Origin: Candidatus Woesearchaeota archaeon
Lineage (GTDB): Archaea > Nanobdellota > Nanobdellia > Woesearchaeales > GW2011-AR9
DNA: 64,000 bases
Direction of reading: 5' to 3'
NCBI GenBank assembly: GCA_016179955.1
Contig: JACPCD010000007.1
Span: 5,907-69,906, forward strand
The notes below the pieces were generated by a model. The model saw only the letters and a list, made by a program, of their open reading frames with translations. It did not search any database and was not told the origin of the DNA. Made by a program: the position numbers and the translations under genes. Shown here in pieces: positions 28,645-39,027 of this stretch (the first letter of the stretch is position 1; each line of letters opens with the position of its first letter).

Positions 28645-30458
28645 GAAGTAACTGCCTCCACCTCAATGGGAACAGAAGTGCTGATTTCATAATCATAGCT
28701 GAGAGTTGCCTCAAACTCTTTGAAGACATACTCGGAAGGAGCCTGCAGTTCTGGCGGCAAGGCCGTAATGAAGCAGCTGGGCAAATAGATATTATCGCCA
28801 GACCGGGGTGAAGTACTAACGGCCAGAGAACCGCTTAGGCAGCGGGTATCATCCACGGAAAACCCCGGCAACTGCAATTCATAATTTTTCACCGCAATAA
28901 TCTTCCCCCGACCTACGTTTTCAACTGTCGAAGAAAGGACGACGTTTTCAGTGCTTTCAATGATGGGATTTTCCAGAGGATTGCCAAAGGCAAAATTTAT
29001 CCGGGCAAATTCTTCAGGTGCCTGGGAAAGATACGAACTGCCGGGAAAATGAGCGTCCATTATCTTAGGAATCCAAGTCTCTTTCCAGGCGTTTTCCTTA
29101 GCGCCAATAAATGCCCGCTGCAGCCGAGACTTCGCCTGCAAATCCCGGAGAGTTGCATTATAAATTATATCATACGTGCCATCTAAAGCTCCGTCAGGCT
29201 CACAGATAATGATATGGGATGAATGCTCGCGGGGCAATATCTGATAGTTTCCCTGGTCCGTGCCCACCACCTTGCCGGGAATATTTATATCGCCACGGGT
29301 AAAATGACAGGTAACTTCAACCTGCGGCGTAAGCTTCCGTGGATTTTCCAATTTCAATTCGATTGGATACCGCAACGGCTCTCCTTGGCGATAGAACGTT
29401 TTCCGGGGGAAATAATCCCCCACGACAAACTCTGCTTTCGTCGGCTGGGTAATAGTGGCATCAGAGATTCCAACAACTGCAATCTTGGTTTCCTGCTGCT
29501 CGGCAATACATTTATCAACATCCGCATCGCGCTGCACCTGCGTACGGCAGTAGCGGGTAATCTTTTTTTCTTCCAGGCAGGCTGCCCGGTCAATAGTAGG
29601 TTGAGCAATTTGATCAAAGGTGCAACTGATAAAATCAGACCACACATTTTTCGTTTCCGCCAGGGAAGCAGTAATCTTGGACGTTTCCTGTTGGGCAATC
29701 TGGAAATACTGGTCATGGGACTGCTGCTGATACGCTAACGGATTCTGCAGGAAGAGGGGAAATACCAGAAAGAGAACAAAGCCGATGACCAATGTCAGCA
29801 GCAGCCAGCTGACGGCTCCTAGATGCTTGCCGGTGCTCAGCCGGTCAAAGACGCCCATGATAAATAGTGCAACGGCCAGAATCACCCAGATAAACACGTG
29901 GATAGTTATCAAAATGTTCTTAATTTCCGATTCCGGAATAAAATAGAGCAAGCCTTGAGAAATTACAAAATCTAAGGCAAAGGCGAATAATACTAAGCTT
30001 ATCTTCAGGCCGGGCTCGGGCGTGTAGTGCACGGCAATAAAGAAGAAGACCCCTAAGACTAAGCTGATGAGCAAAGAAATCAGGGGATCGTACGCTATAT
30101 AATTCTTGATGAGGAGAACGATGACACTAAGTATGATCAAGGTAATGTAAACGCCCATACCGGAAGATTCATGATGGGTGGTTGAATTTCCGGAACTGCC
30201 CAACGATGGCCAAGAAAATGATTTTCCGGTGGGTTTATTATCTTTAGTCGTTCCAGTTCTGGCCGCTTTTTCCCTTTCCTTGGCGGCTTTTTCTTCATCT
30301 CGGGCAGCTCGTCCTTTCTCTTCAGCAGCTCTTTCCTCTTCCCGGATTACTTCCAGCGCCCGCGCGGAGGTCATAGCCGGGTCTGCTGCTTTTAGTTCTT
30401 TAATCCGCTGGAAGCGTTTATATCTCTGCGTTAGTTCTTTCTGCTCATCATCAGCCAT
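28641..30458 (-). CDS. Multi-TM protein with large extracellular beta domain
   Basis: Charged N-terminus, ~5 TM, Cys-containing ectodomain ending LSYDYEI. Confidence 0.7.
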   Translation of the reverse strand: MADDEQKELTQRYKRFQRIKELKAADPAMTSARALEVIREEERAAEEKGRAARDEEKAAKEREKAARTGTTKDNKPTGKSFSWPSLGSSGNSTTHHESSGMGVYITLIILSVIVLLIKNYIAYDPLISLLISLVLGVFFFIAVHYTPEPGLKISLVLFAFALDFVISQGLLYFIPESEIKNILITIHVFIWVILAVALFIMGVFDRLSTGKHLGAVSWLLLTLVIGFVLFLVFPLFLQNPLAYQQQSHDQYFQIAQQETSKITASLAETKNVWSDFISCTFDQIAQPTIDRAACLEEKKITRYCRTQVQRDADVDKCIAEQQETKIAVVGISDATITQPTKAEFVVGDYFPRKTFYRQGEPLRYPIELKLENPRKLTPQVEVTCHFTRGDINIPGKVVGTDQGNYQILPREHSSHIIICEPDGALDGTYDIIYNATLRDLQAKSRLQRAFIGAKENAWKETWIPKIMDAHFPGSSYLSQAPEEFARINFAFGNPLENPIIESTENVVLSSTVENVGRGKIIAVKNYELQLPGFSVDDTRCLSGSLAVSTSPRSGDNIYLPSCFITALPPELQAPSEYVFKEFEATLSYDYEISTSVPIEVEAVTS

Positions 30459-30579
30459 CGCGTACCTCTTTTTAAGATACAGAACATAATTATCCCTGCC
30501 TATAAAAAGCTTACTGGCATTTGGGTTGTAAAGTAAACACCACCAAAATATTAATAAACACACTGCAAATTATAGGATT

Positions 30580-31470
30580 ATGAAAATACATGTGGTTGAG
30601 ACTTTAAAGCTAACCCCTGAACAAAAAATTAAATTAGATAAGCTTGGGAAAGTAAAATATTTTGAAGAACTACCGGATGTTAATGAGCTTCTGAAACGTT
30701 CTAATGGTGCTGATGTCCTTGCAGTAGATTTTGCGCCTATTGATCTAGCCATTCATAAGATGAAACCGGGCGTGAAATTAATATCTCTGCCATTCACTGG
30801 CGTTGGGTTTCTTCCATTAAAAGAAGCTGCTACAAAAAACATTAAAATTGCAAATTCTCCGGGATTTTCTACGGAGAGTGTAGGGGAGTTTGGAATAGGT
30901 TTGATGCTTGCTCTGGTTAGAAAAATCTATGCTTTCGCCAGAGACGAACCAAAACCACAAGTGGAAATGTGTTTATATGGAAAAACCATAGGAATACTTG
31001 GGGCTGGTCGAATAGGAACATACGTTGGTAAAGTAGCAGAAGCTTTTGGAATGACAGTTATTTTCTGGAAGCGCGGAGACAATTTATTAGAAATTCTTAC
31101 AAAATCTGATGTTGTTTATTGCGCTTTGCCATTGTCAGAAGAGACAAAAGGATTATTGGGAAAAAGAGAGTTCACAGCAATGAAGAAAGGGGCTTTCTTC
31201 GTAACGACATCACACAATCAGATATATGACCATGATGCGCTCCTAAGAGCAGTGAATAGCAATCTAGCTGGAGCAGCAATGGACGCTGAAGGCACTCCTG
31301 AGGGGGATTATAATTCCGTAGTCTACAAAAAATTTAAAGGCCACCCCAAGATTCTCCTAACTCCCCATATAGCTTACAAGACTGAATATGCCATCAAGCG
31401 TGGCTATGACGTGATGATTGACAACATCGAAGCTTTTGTAAAAGGAAAGCCACAGAATATAGTGAATTAA
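30580..31470 (+). CDS. D-isomer-specific 2-hydroxyacid dehydrogenase
   Basis: GKTIGILGAGRIG, LPLSEETKGL, LTPHIAY. Confidence 0.9.
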   Translation: MKIHVVETLKLTPEQKIKLDKLGKVKYFEELPDVNELLKRSNGADVLAVDFAPIDLAIHKMKPGVKLISLPFTGVGFLPLKEAATKNIKIANSPGFSTESVGEFGIGLMLALVRKIYAFARDEPKPQVEMCLYGKTIGILGAGRIGTYVGKVAEAFGMTVIFWKRGDNLLEILTKSDVVYCALPLSEETKGLLGKREFTAMKKGAFFVTTSHNQIYDHDALLRAVNSNLAGAAMDAEGTPEGDYNSVVYKKFKGHPKILLTPHIAYKTEYAIKRGYDVMIDNIEAFVKGKPQNIVN

Positions 31471-31557
31471 CAACTAATTGATATGTTTACTACTTAACAT
31501 AATCGAATCATGTACAAAGATTGAGTCCGTTACTATAGAAAAAAAGGAAAAATAGCC

Positions 31558-32733
31558 TTACTTCACCAAACTCACTTTCAACTCCCGTATTTCAATCGTC
31601 TTCCGGGGCTTGATCTTGAGCGCATTATTGCCATCAACAACGTCCCGGCTCAAATCCACCACCAACGAGCTTTCCCGAGTGTCAAAATCGCGCACGTGAC
31701 CATTGAAGACAAACTCGCCGTACTTGCTCGATGCCACATCCACAAAATTAAACTCTAACCGCACCCGCTTCCGGCCATTCTGCACCTCGCGGTACTGCTC
31801 ATGAGACAACTCAAAATAATACGTAGGGAAATCTAACTCTTTAAGCTGAGACTTCACCAGGATATGTGAGATGTAATACGAACCTCTTTCGGTGCGGAAG
31901 GTTAGATCATTCTCACCGGCATGCACTAATGCCGGAGAAAACTCAATAGGAATTAACGCCAGATCACAATCCGGAACTGCTCCATAGATTTCATTGCCGT
32001 TCACGCCGATATGTAATGGACCTACTTGCTCAAAATTGCAGTCCGCCTGAAATTTCAGCGTAACCTTCTCTACGTTGTTCTGCTCCGTTTCAGAAATGAG
32101 GAAGATGCTGCGGGACGATTGGGCATCTAAACTCGTAATGTCCGCCACCACTTTAATGTCTTCCAGAGAAATGTCATTGGCCGCCCAGAACGCTAATCCA
32201 GGAGAAGAGGCCCGGAAAATGAGTTCATTATCCTTTTCTAAACTATTCCTGGGAAGCGTGATGGGACCATCCACCTTATCGCCATTAAATATTTCTTCGC
32301 CATTTAACGTTATAATTAAACGCCCTTCAAACGTATCGGTGGAAAATGCCAACAGCACATTATCAGTATTGGGGAGATCATTTAATACAAAACTGAGGCT
32401 GCTCTTCTCTTCCGAGAATACTCCCCGATGGAGATAGGCAATATTTTTCTCAGCAATTATTTTGCTCTCGGTGCGGGTATAGAGATTGATAACTGGGATG
32501 GGATGCTCAATATCCTGCTGGCCGAGGTAATCTATCCGTCCCGGCGAAGCCGTTAACAGGGTTTCTTCCGCCGTGGCGCTCTGAATCGAGGAGGCATTGG
32601 AAGTGGACGTCGTTTTCTCTCCGAGCAATTCGGCCCGCTCTTGGGGGGGTATAAGCACGATAAACATGATAAGCACTCCCAGAATGATGGCTAACAGGAT
32701 GGCTGCCCCTGCCGCTTGGCCTCGTTGCTGCAT
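31558..32733 (-). CDS. Surface protein with class III (prepilin-type) signal peptide
   Basis: MQQRGQ followed by a hydrophobic helix; beta-rich body. Confidence 0.7.
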   Translation of the reverse strand: MQQRGQAAGAAILLAIILGVLIMFIVLIPPQERAELLGEKTTSTSNASSIQSATAEETLLTASPGRIDYLGQQDIEHPIPVINLYTRTESKIIAEKNIAYLHRGVFSEEKSSLSFVLNDLPNTDNVLLAFSTDTFEGRLIITLNGEEIFNGDKVDGPITLPRNSLEKDNELIFRASSPGLAFWAANDISLEDIKVVADITSLDAQSSRSIFLISETEQNNVEKVTLKFQADCNFEQVGPLHIGVNGNEIYGAVPDCDLALIPIEFSPALVHAGENDLTFRTERGSYYISHILVKSQLKELDFPTYYFELSHEQYREVQNGRKRVRLEFNFVDVASSKYGEFVFNGHVRDFDTRESSLVVDLSRDVVDGNNALKIKPRKTIEIRELKVSLVK

Positions 32734-32860
32734 AAAAGGAAGAGAACATTTGTCATATATAAAGTATTCTGTTGTGGGGAAGACCATGGTGCAAAAAAAG
32801 CAGAAAGTACAGAGAACCCTTGCCTAAACCTTTTTATAACCACCATACTTTAAAGCACCG

Positions 32861-33910
32861 ATGCATCTCATCCATTCCGATTTCAAAAAAGGCCTGGTCA
32901 AGCTGCGCCTCACCGAACCCGAGGACTTATGGTATCTGAGCCAGCTCATTGATCCCGGAGATTTGCTGACGGGAAAAGCTACCCGGAAGATTAAGATAGG
33001 GACGGGAGAAAATGCCAGCACCACCAAAAGAACCTTTACTGCCACTATTGAAGCGGAAACGATAGAGTGCAGTGACACGGCAGTGCGGGTTAATGGCAAG
33101 TTACGGGAAGAACCGGAAGACATCCCCAAAGGAAGCTATCAGGCAATTGCCTTGGAAGAAACCAGTGAATTTGTTCTGCAAAAGAGTTCCTGGGCCGCGT
33201 ACCAAAAGCAGAAACTGCAGGAAGCCACCGAAAAAAAGTACACCTTCCTGCTCTGCCTGCTGGACCGGGAAGAAGCATTAATGGCCCTGACCAAAAAGTC
33301 AGGGTACGAAGTCTTGCTCCAACTGCACGGCGATGTTCCCAAAAAAATGAAAGGTTCCCAGGCAGGAGGAAAATTCCAGGAAGAGATTATTGCAGCGTTA
33401 GATACCTACGCCGGCCGATATACTCCGGACAAAATTATTCTGGCCTCACCAGTGTTTTATAAGGAGGATCTGCTCCAAAAGATTTCTGCCCCGACACTGC
33501 GGGAAAAGATCGTCTTGGCCTCCTGCTCCGACGTCAGCATCAAATCGTTAGATGAAGTGATGACCTCACCGGCATTAGCACAAACGCTGCACTCCTCCCG
33601 GCTGCGCCAGGACAAAGTGCTGGTGGACGAACTCCTGCATGAGATCAGCAAGGATAACTTGGCAATCTATGGGTGGAAGGAAGTGCAGACTGCAGTGCAC
33701 GCTGGAGCAGTTCGTATCTTGCTCTGCACCGATGGCTTCATCCGCATCAAGCGGCAGGAGAATGCCTATGAACCGCTGGATCAGCTGCTCAAAAAGGTCG
33801 ATGCTTTAAAAGGAACTATCTGTATTCTCTCCTCCGCAGATGAGAGCGGGAAAACGGTAGATGGCGTAGGAGGCATTGCGGCGCTGCTACGGTATAAAAT
33901 GGAGTGGTAA
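32861..33910 (+). CDS. pelA: mRNA surveillance protein Pelota/Dom34
   Basis: EDLWYLSQLIDPGD, AIYG..EV, GGIAALLRY. Confidence 0.92.
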   Translation: MHLIHSDFKKGLVKLRLTEPEDLWYLSQLIDPGDLLTGKATRKIKIGTGENASTTKRTFTATIEAETIECSDTAVRVNGKLREEPEDIPKGSYQAIALEETSEFVLQKSSWAAYQKQKLQEATEKKYTFLLCLLDREEALMALTKKSGYEVLLQLHGDVPKKMKGSQAGGKFQEEIIAALDTYAGRYTPDKIILASPVFYKEDLLQKISAPTLREKIVLASCSDVSIKSLDEVMTSPALAQTLHSSRLRQDKVLVDELLHEISKDNLAIYGWKEVQTAVHAGAVRILLCTDGFIRIKRQENAYEPLDQLLKKVDALKGTICILSSADESGKTVDGVGGIAALLRYKMEW

Positions 33911-34097
33911 GGCTTTTGTTTCATCGAAAACCCTCTGGAAAATGTCGCCATCGCCTTATTTTTCGGCCTCCATCATCCATCATTCTTCAAAAACCTATAT
34001 GATGTAAAACCACAACCTTTTAATAGTAGTTTATTTTATTTATAGGTTAGTAACAAAAAGGATTTATTACATAAACAAAAAAAGGGGGGTTTGAAAA

Positions 34098-34892
34098 ATG
34101 ATTGTAAAAGACGAGTTGTTAGTAAAATTGCGCCGGTTCTTTGATTTGAACCTATACGAAGTCAAGCTCTGGAGTGCTTTGCTGAGCCGAGGAGTTTCCA
34201 CCGCCGGGGAATTGTCTGATATTGCGGACGTGCCAAGATCCCGAAGCTATGACGTTCTGGAATCGTTGGAGAAGAAAGGGTTTGTAATCATGAAATTGGG
34301 CAAGCCCATCAAGTACATTGCCATTCCCCCTAATGAAGTGGTGGACCGCGTGCGGAAAAACATGCAGCTTAACTCTCAAGAAAAGATCCGCCGGCTGGAA
34401 AGCGTGAAGGGCTCTCCCCTGTTAACGGAACTGGAAACATTGCACACGCAGGGAATAGCGTTGGTGGATCCCGCCGAGATGAGCGGCTGCCTGCGCGGGC
34501 GAAGCAACGTGTACAACCACCTTGATTATCTGATTAAAGAATCCAAGAAAAGCGTCAACATCATGACCACGGAAAAAGGATTCATGCGCAAGATGGAAGG
34601 GCTGCGGTCTAGTTTGGAAAAAGCCCGCAAGCGGGGCGTCCGAATCCGCATCTCAGCTCCGATATCCAAAGACAACAAGAACGTTGCAGACGGCCTCAAA
34701 AACGTGGCAGAAATAAAACATAATAGCACCGTTAATTCGCGGTTTGTCACGGTTGACGGGCAAGATGTGGTGTTCATGACCATGAACGATAAAGACGTTC
34801 ATCCCAGCTATGACATTGGGGTCTGGGTCAAAACGCCCTACTTTACATCGGCGATGGACAGTCTCTTCAACTCAGTGTGGAATACCAAATAG
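34098..34892 (+). CDS. TrmB-family transcriptional regulator
   Basis: LNLYE, TAGELSDIADVPRSRSYDVLESLEKKGF. Confidence 0.9.
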   Translation: MIVKDELLVKLRRFFDLNLYEVKLWSALLSRGVSTAGELSDIADVPRSRSYDVLESLEKKGFVIMKLGKPIKYIAIPPNEVVDRVRKNMQLNSQEKIRRLESVKGSPLLTELETLHTQGIALVDPAEMSGCLRGRSNVYNHLDYLIKESKKSVNIMTTEKGFMRKMEGLRSSLEKARKRGVRIRISAPISKDNKNVADGLKNVAEIKHNSTVNSRFVTVDGQDVVFMTMNDKDVHPSYDIGVWVKTPYFTSAMDSLFNSVWNTK

Positions 34893-35006
34893 ATTTTTTT
34901 ATTTTTAACTCTTATTTTTTTCTCTTTATTGTATTCACTTTTTCTGCATTTTTTGTATGATAAACCAAGAGTTACGTTTATAAATTAACGGGCATTCTTT
35001 GCCTTC

Positions 35007-36542
35007 ATGGAACTCCAGAGCATCGTAGCGAAACTGCACCCGCTCGAACGGGCAGTCCTGCCGGCGCTAACCTCTGCCAAAGAAGTGGCAGCTATTGCCA
35101 AAGCGGTTCATCTGCAAGACGTCGAAGTGATGCGGGCCTTGCAGTGGCTGGAGAATAAAGGAATTCTTACCCTAACGACTCAGGGCCAGAAAATAATGGA
35201 TTTAGGCCGCAATGGCATAAAATACCAACGGGAAGGATTGCCGGAGAAACATTTTCTGGCCGCATTATCAGAAGAGTTTAAAGGCCTCAACATCATCATC
35301 AAGAAATCAAAACTAAGTAGGGAAGAAGTTAATGCCTGTATTGGCGTGCTGAAGAAGAAAGCCGCCATTGAGGTGCAGCAAGGGGAGATGCTGCAGATTA
35401 AAATTACTCCCCTGGGAATGAAGCATCGAGAAGAACGAAGCATGGAAGAAGAGTTCCTGCAGCAGACCTTTCCCCTGCCGCTGAAAGAAGCCGAAGCGCG
35501 GTACCATGCTGTCGTTGAAGAATTGCTACGGCGCAAAGATTTCTTAACGGTCGAAGAGCATAAGACCATAACGGCCGCGTTAACGGAGTTGGGAAAGAAA
35601 GTGGTAACTATGGATACCAGTTCGGAAGTCATCAACCGGCTCACCGGAGCGCAGCTGCGCAGCGGCTCCTGGAAAGAAAAAACGTTTCGGGCCTACGATG
35701 TCGAAAGCAATGTTCCGCGAACATACGGAGGCAGAAAACATTTTGTGACCCAGGCAACAGAGTATGCCAAGCAGGTCTGGCTGGAGATGGGATTTAAAGA
35801 AATGGCTGGCCCAATGGTTGGTACTTCCTTCTGGTGTTTTGATGCCTTGTTTGTGCCGCAGGATCATCCTGCCCGAGAGATGCAGGATACCTTTTTTCTG
35901 GGTGGAGAGTTGGAAAAAGGAGAACTTCCTGAAAAAAAGCTGGTGCAAAAAATAAAAGAGGTCCATGAGCACGGCAAAGGCGCCGAGAGTAGCGGCTGGC
36001 AGTATTCCTGGAATGAAGAGGAAGCCCGGCGGAATGTGCTGCGAACCCATACTACGCTGCTGTCGGCCCAAACCTTGGCGACGTTGAAAGAAGACAATTT
36101 ACCGGCAAAATTTTTTGCCTTGGGCAAGAATTTCCGCAATGAAGCGCTGGACTGGAAGCACCTGTCAGAATTCAATCAGACCGAAGGGATTGTGGTAGAT
36201 AAGGACATCAGTTTCCGGCACTTGCTGGGATATCTGAAGCAGTTCTTTCGCAAGATGGGCTTTCCGAAAGCACGATTCCGTCCAGCTTATTTTCCATATA
36301 CGGAACCAAGCATTGAGATTGACGTGTTTCATCCGCTGAAGAAAGAATGGGTAGAATTGGGGGGAGCCGGGATTTTCCGGCCGGAAGTGGTGGTGCCGCT
36401 GTTGGGAAAAGACATCCCCGTCTTGGCCTGGGGGCCGGGATTTGACCGGATTATATTGGACTATTACTCTATTACAGATATCCGTCAGCTGTACCAAAAC
36501 GACCTGCAGCAGCTGCGGGAAATGAAACTGTGGTTAAAGTAA
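35007..36542 (+). CDS. pheS: Phenylalanyl-tRNA synthetase alpha subunit
   Basis: FDALFVPQDHPAREMQDTF, LRTHTT, FRNE, YFPYTEPS. Confidence 0.97.
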   Translation: MELQSIVAKLHPLERAVLPALTSAKEVAAIAKAVHLQDVEVMRALQWLENKGILTLTTQGQKIMDLGRNGIKYQREGLPEKHFLAALSEEFKGLNIIIKKSKLSREEVNACIGVLKKKAAIEVQQGEMLQIKITPLGMKHREERSMEEEFLQQTFPLPLKEAEARYHAVVEELLRRKDFLTVEEHKTITAALTELGKKVVTMDTSSEVINRLTGAQLRSGSWKEKTFRAYDVESNVPRTYGGRKHFVTQATEYAKQVWLEMGFKEMAGPMVGTSFWCFDALFVPQDHPAREMQDTFFLGGELEKGELPEKKLVQKIKEVHEHGKGAESSGWQYSWNEEEARRNVLRTHTTLLSAQTLATLKEDNLPAKFFALGKNFRNEALDWKHLSEFNQTEGIVVDKDISFRHLLGYLKQFFRKMGFPKARFRPAYFPYTEPSIEIDVFHPLKKEWVELGGAGIFRPEVVVPLLGKDIPVLAWGPGFDRIILDYYSITDIRQLYQNDLQQLREMKLWLK

Positions 36543-36602
36543 AAAAATAATAATAACATAAATAATAAAAAAAAGAATAATAAAAACAGCGATTACAGCA
36601 AC

Positions 36603-38240
36603 ATGCCCACCATAACCCTAAACAAAAGAGTATTTGAAGAACTGGTCGGAAAAAAATTGCCACTGGAGCAGCTGAAAGACCGCATCAGCATGCTGGGAAC
36701 GGATCTCGAGAAAATTGAAGGAAACGAGATTGTGGTAGAGATATTCCCCAACCGCCCGGATATGCTGTCAGAATCGGGATTTGCGCGGGCCTTCTCCAGT
36801 TTCATTGGCGTCAAAACTGGATTACGGCAGTACGAAGTAAAAGACAGTGGGCAGAAAGTGATCATAGAACCGTCCGTTAAAGACGTTCGTCCCTATACTG
36901 CCTGTGCCATCGTCAAGAACATGAACTTAGATGACGAAAAGATTCAGGAAATCATCCAGATCCAGGAAAAGCTGCACCTCACCTATGGCCGCAACCGCAA
37001 AAAGGCCGCCATTGGCATCTATCCTTTGGACAAAATTTCTTTTCCGATCAGTTACCGGGCAGAAGTTTCGGAACAGATACGATTCTGGCCGCTGGATAGC
37101 ACGGAGGTTATGACTGCGTCGAAAATTCTAACGGAGCACAAAGCGGGAAAAGAATACGGGCACTTGCTCACCGGACAGAAAAAATATCCTCTCTTCCGCG
37201 ATGCGCTGGGAGAAATATTAAGCATGCCACCCGTCATTAATTCCCATTTTATTGGCCGAGTCACGCCAGAAACTCAAGCGGTCTTTATTGAATGTTCCGG
37301 CTTTGACTTCCGCGTCCTGAGCATCTGCCTAAACATTATTGTAACGGCCTTGGCCGATCAGGGCGGAAAAATACTTTCGGTGGCCCTAGAGTATGGAAAG
37401 AATACTGAAGTTACGCCTCAACTCCATCCGATGAAGATGAAATTAGATTTAGCCTACATCAACGCCCGTCTGGGATTAAAACTGTCGGAAAAAGAAGCCG
37501 CAGCCCTTTTGGCCCGCATGGGCTATGGGTATGAGCACGGCACCGTGTTGGTGCCTGCATATCGGGCTGACATATTACATCAGGTAGATTTGATGGAAGA
37601 CCTTGCCATCGCCTATGGGTATGAGAATTTTGAGGAAGAGATCCCCCAGGTCTCAACCATCGGCGAAGAAGATAATCTTGAAAAATTTTGCCGGAAGGTG
37701 CGGGAAGCGTTGATGGGCCTGGGCTTGCTGGAAGTCAAGAATTACCATCTGTTGATGGAAGAGCAGCTGAACCAGAATATGAATTGTTCCCGGCCTTTAA
37801 TCAGCTTGAAGAACGCGGTGGGAGAACATAACCATCTCCGCAATGCTCTCCTGCCGGGATTACTGAAGAACCTAGCCGAGAACCAGCACCACCAATACCC
37901 GCAGAATCTGTTTGAAGTAGGTAAGATTTTTCAGCGGGGAAAAACTGACACCGGAGTAAAAGAAATTACTTCTCTCGCTATGGTGCTATGCCATGAAAAA
38001 ACTGATTTTACGGAAATGCGGCAGCTCCTCGATGCGCTGATGGTTAGTCTCGGGTTGAAAGCGGTGATAAAAGAAAGCCAGCATCCCAGCTTTATCGAAG
38101 GGCGTCTGGGCACGATTTTGGTTAATGGAACGGAAATTGGTGTGATGGGTGAGATCCATCCGGCAGTGCTGGTTAATTGGGAATTAACGGTGCCGGTGGT
38201 AGCATTAGAGATTGATCTGGAGAAGATAAGTGCATCATAG
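36603..38240 (+). CDS. pheT: Phenylalanyl-tRNA synthetase beta subunit
   Basis: PNRPDMLS, QEKLH, SMPPVINS, YRADILH..D..EDLAIAYGY. Confidence 0.96.
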   Translation: MPTITLNKRVFEELVGKKLPLEQLKDRISMLGTDLEKIEGNEIVVEIFPNRPDMLSESGFARAFSSFIGVKTGLRQYEVKDSGQKVIIEPSVKDVRPYTACAIVKNMNLDDEKIQEIIQIQEKLHLTYGRNRKKAAIGIYPLDKISFPISYRAEVSEQIRFWPLDSTEVMTASKILTEHKAGKEYGHLLTGQKKYPLFRDALGEILSMPPVINSHFIGRVTPETQAVFIECSGFDFRVLSICLNIIVTALADQGGKILSVALEYGKNTEVTPQLHPMKMKLDLAYINARLGLKLSEKEAAALLARMGYGYEHGTVLVPAYRADILHQVDLMEDLAIAYGYENFEEEIPQVSTIGEEDNLEKFCRKVREALMGLGLLEVKNYHLLMEEQLNQNMNCSRPLISLKNAVGEHNHLRNALLPGLLKNLAENQHHQYPQNLFEVGKIFQRGKTDTGVKEITSLAMVLCHEKTDFTEMRQLLDALMVSLGLKAVIKESQHPSFIEGRLGTILVNGTEIGVMGEIHPAVLVNWELTVPVVALEIDLEKISAS

Positions 38241-38252
38241 AAAAGATTAAAA

Positions 38253-38630
38253 TTATTTCTTCCCTTTCGCTGCTGCCGGAACCTTTTCTTCTTTTTTCTG
38301 TGGTTTTGGTGATTCTTTAACCTGGGCAGGCGACTTCTCTTTAACCGTCCGCTGCCGACGGGGGCGTGGAACTGCCGCTTTGGCATGTGTCTCCCAGACC
38401 GGAAGACCGTGTTTCTCAAATGCTTTCGTTACGTCCGCATGGCTGGCGCCTTTCTTCAGCGTAAGAACCTCTGCTAAGGGTTCCAGATGCTTAATATTCA
38501 CTTTCTTTCGGCGAGTAGAACCGTCAACTAAAACATAAACATTATCGAGCTGCTCCACCACCACGCACTTCAATCCACTATCCCGGCCGGCAATTTTAAC
38601 ACAGAGCCTGCCCACCGTAAAGAGACTCAT
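38253..38630 (-). CDS. rpl14e: 50S ribosomal protein L14e
   Basis: GRLCVKIAGRD, RRKKVNIKHLEP. Confidence 0.93.
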   Translation of the reverse strand: MSLFTVGRLCVKIAGRDSGLKCVVVEQLDNVYVLVDGSTRRKKVNIKHLEPLAEVLTLKKGASHADVTKAFEKHGLPVWETHAKAAVPRPRRQRTVKEKSPAQVKESPKPQKKEEKVPAAAKGKK

Positions 38631-38899
38631 GCTGCACCTCTGGCTTTTCGTTGAACCAACGCCCGAGTGCAGGCAGAACAAAACATCCCGCCATAGGGCC
38701 GCTGCGGCCGTTTGGCTGTTTTAGGGATATTTCTCATAATGGAATTAATCTCCCGCGGAATTCCCGCGAGGGGCTTATGGCAGCTGGCGCAGTGCGCCCG
38801 GGACGGCTTGCGCCGGCGGTACTGCAGGACGGTTCTACTGCCTGGAGTTTTAACAAAGACTCTCCGCAGTCGTCGGGATCGAAACATTCCTCGTGGCAT
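38627..38899 (-). CDS. rpl34e: 50S ribosomal protein L34e
   Basis: VKTPG, CASC, RPYGGMFCSAC. Confidence 0.93.
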   Translation of the reverse strand: MPRGMFRSRRLRRVFVKTPGSRTVLQYRRRKPSRAHCASCHKPLAGIPREINSIMRNIPKTAKRPQRPYGGMFCSACTRALVQRKARGAA

Positions 38900-39027
38900 G
38901 ATGATTTCCTCCTAATATCTTATGACATAAAGCACTCAGAAAAGCAAAGATCTGAGTTACCTCAAGATCATTCCCTGTGGGGATGATGATATAATTCCCG
39001 GAACGATGGTGATTTATAAACTTTTCT

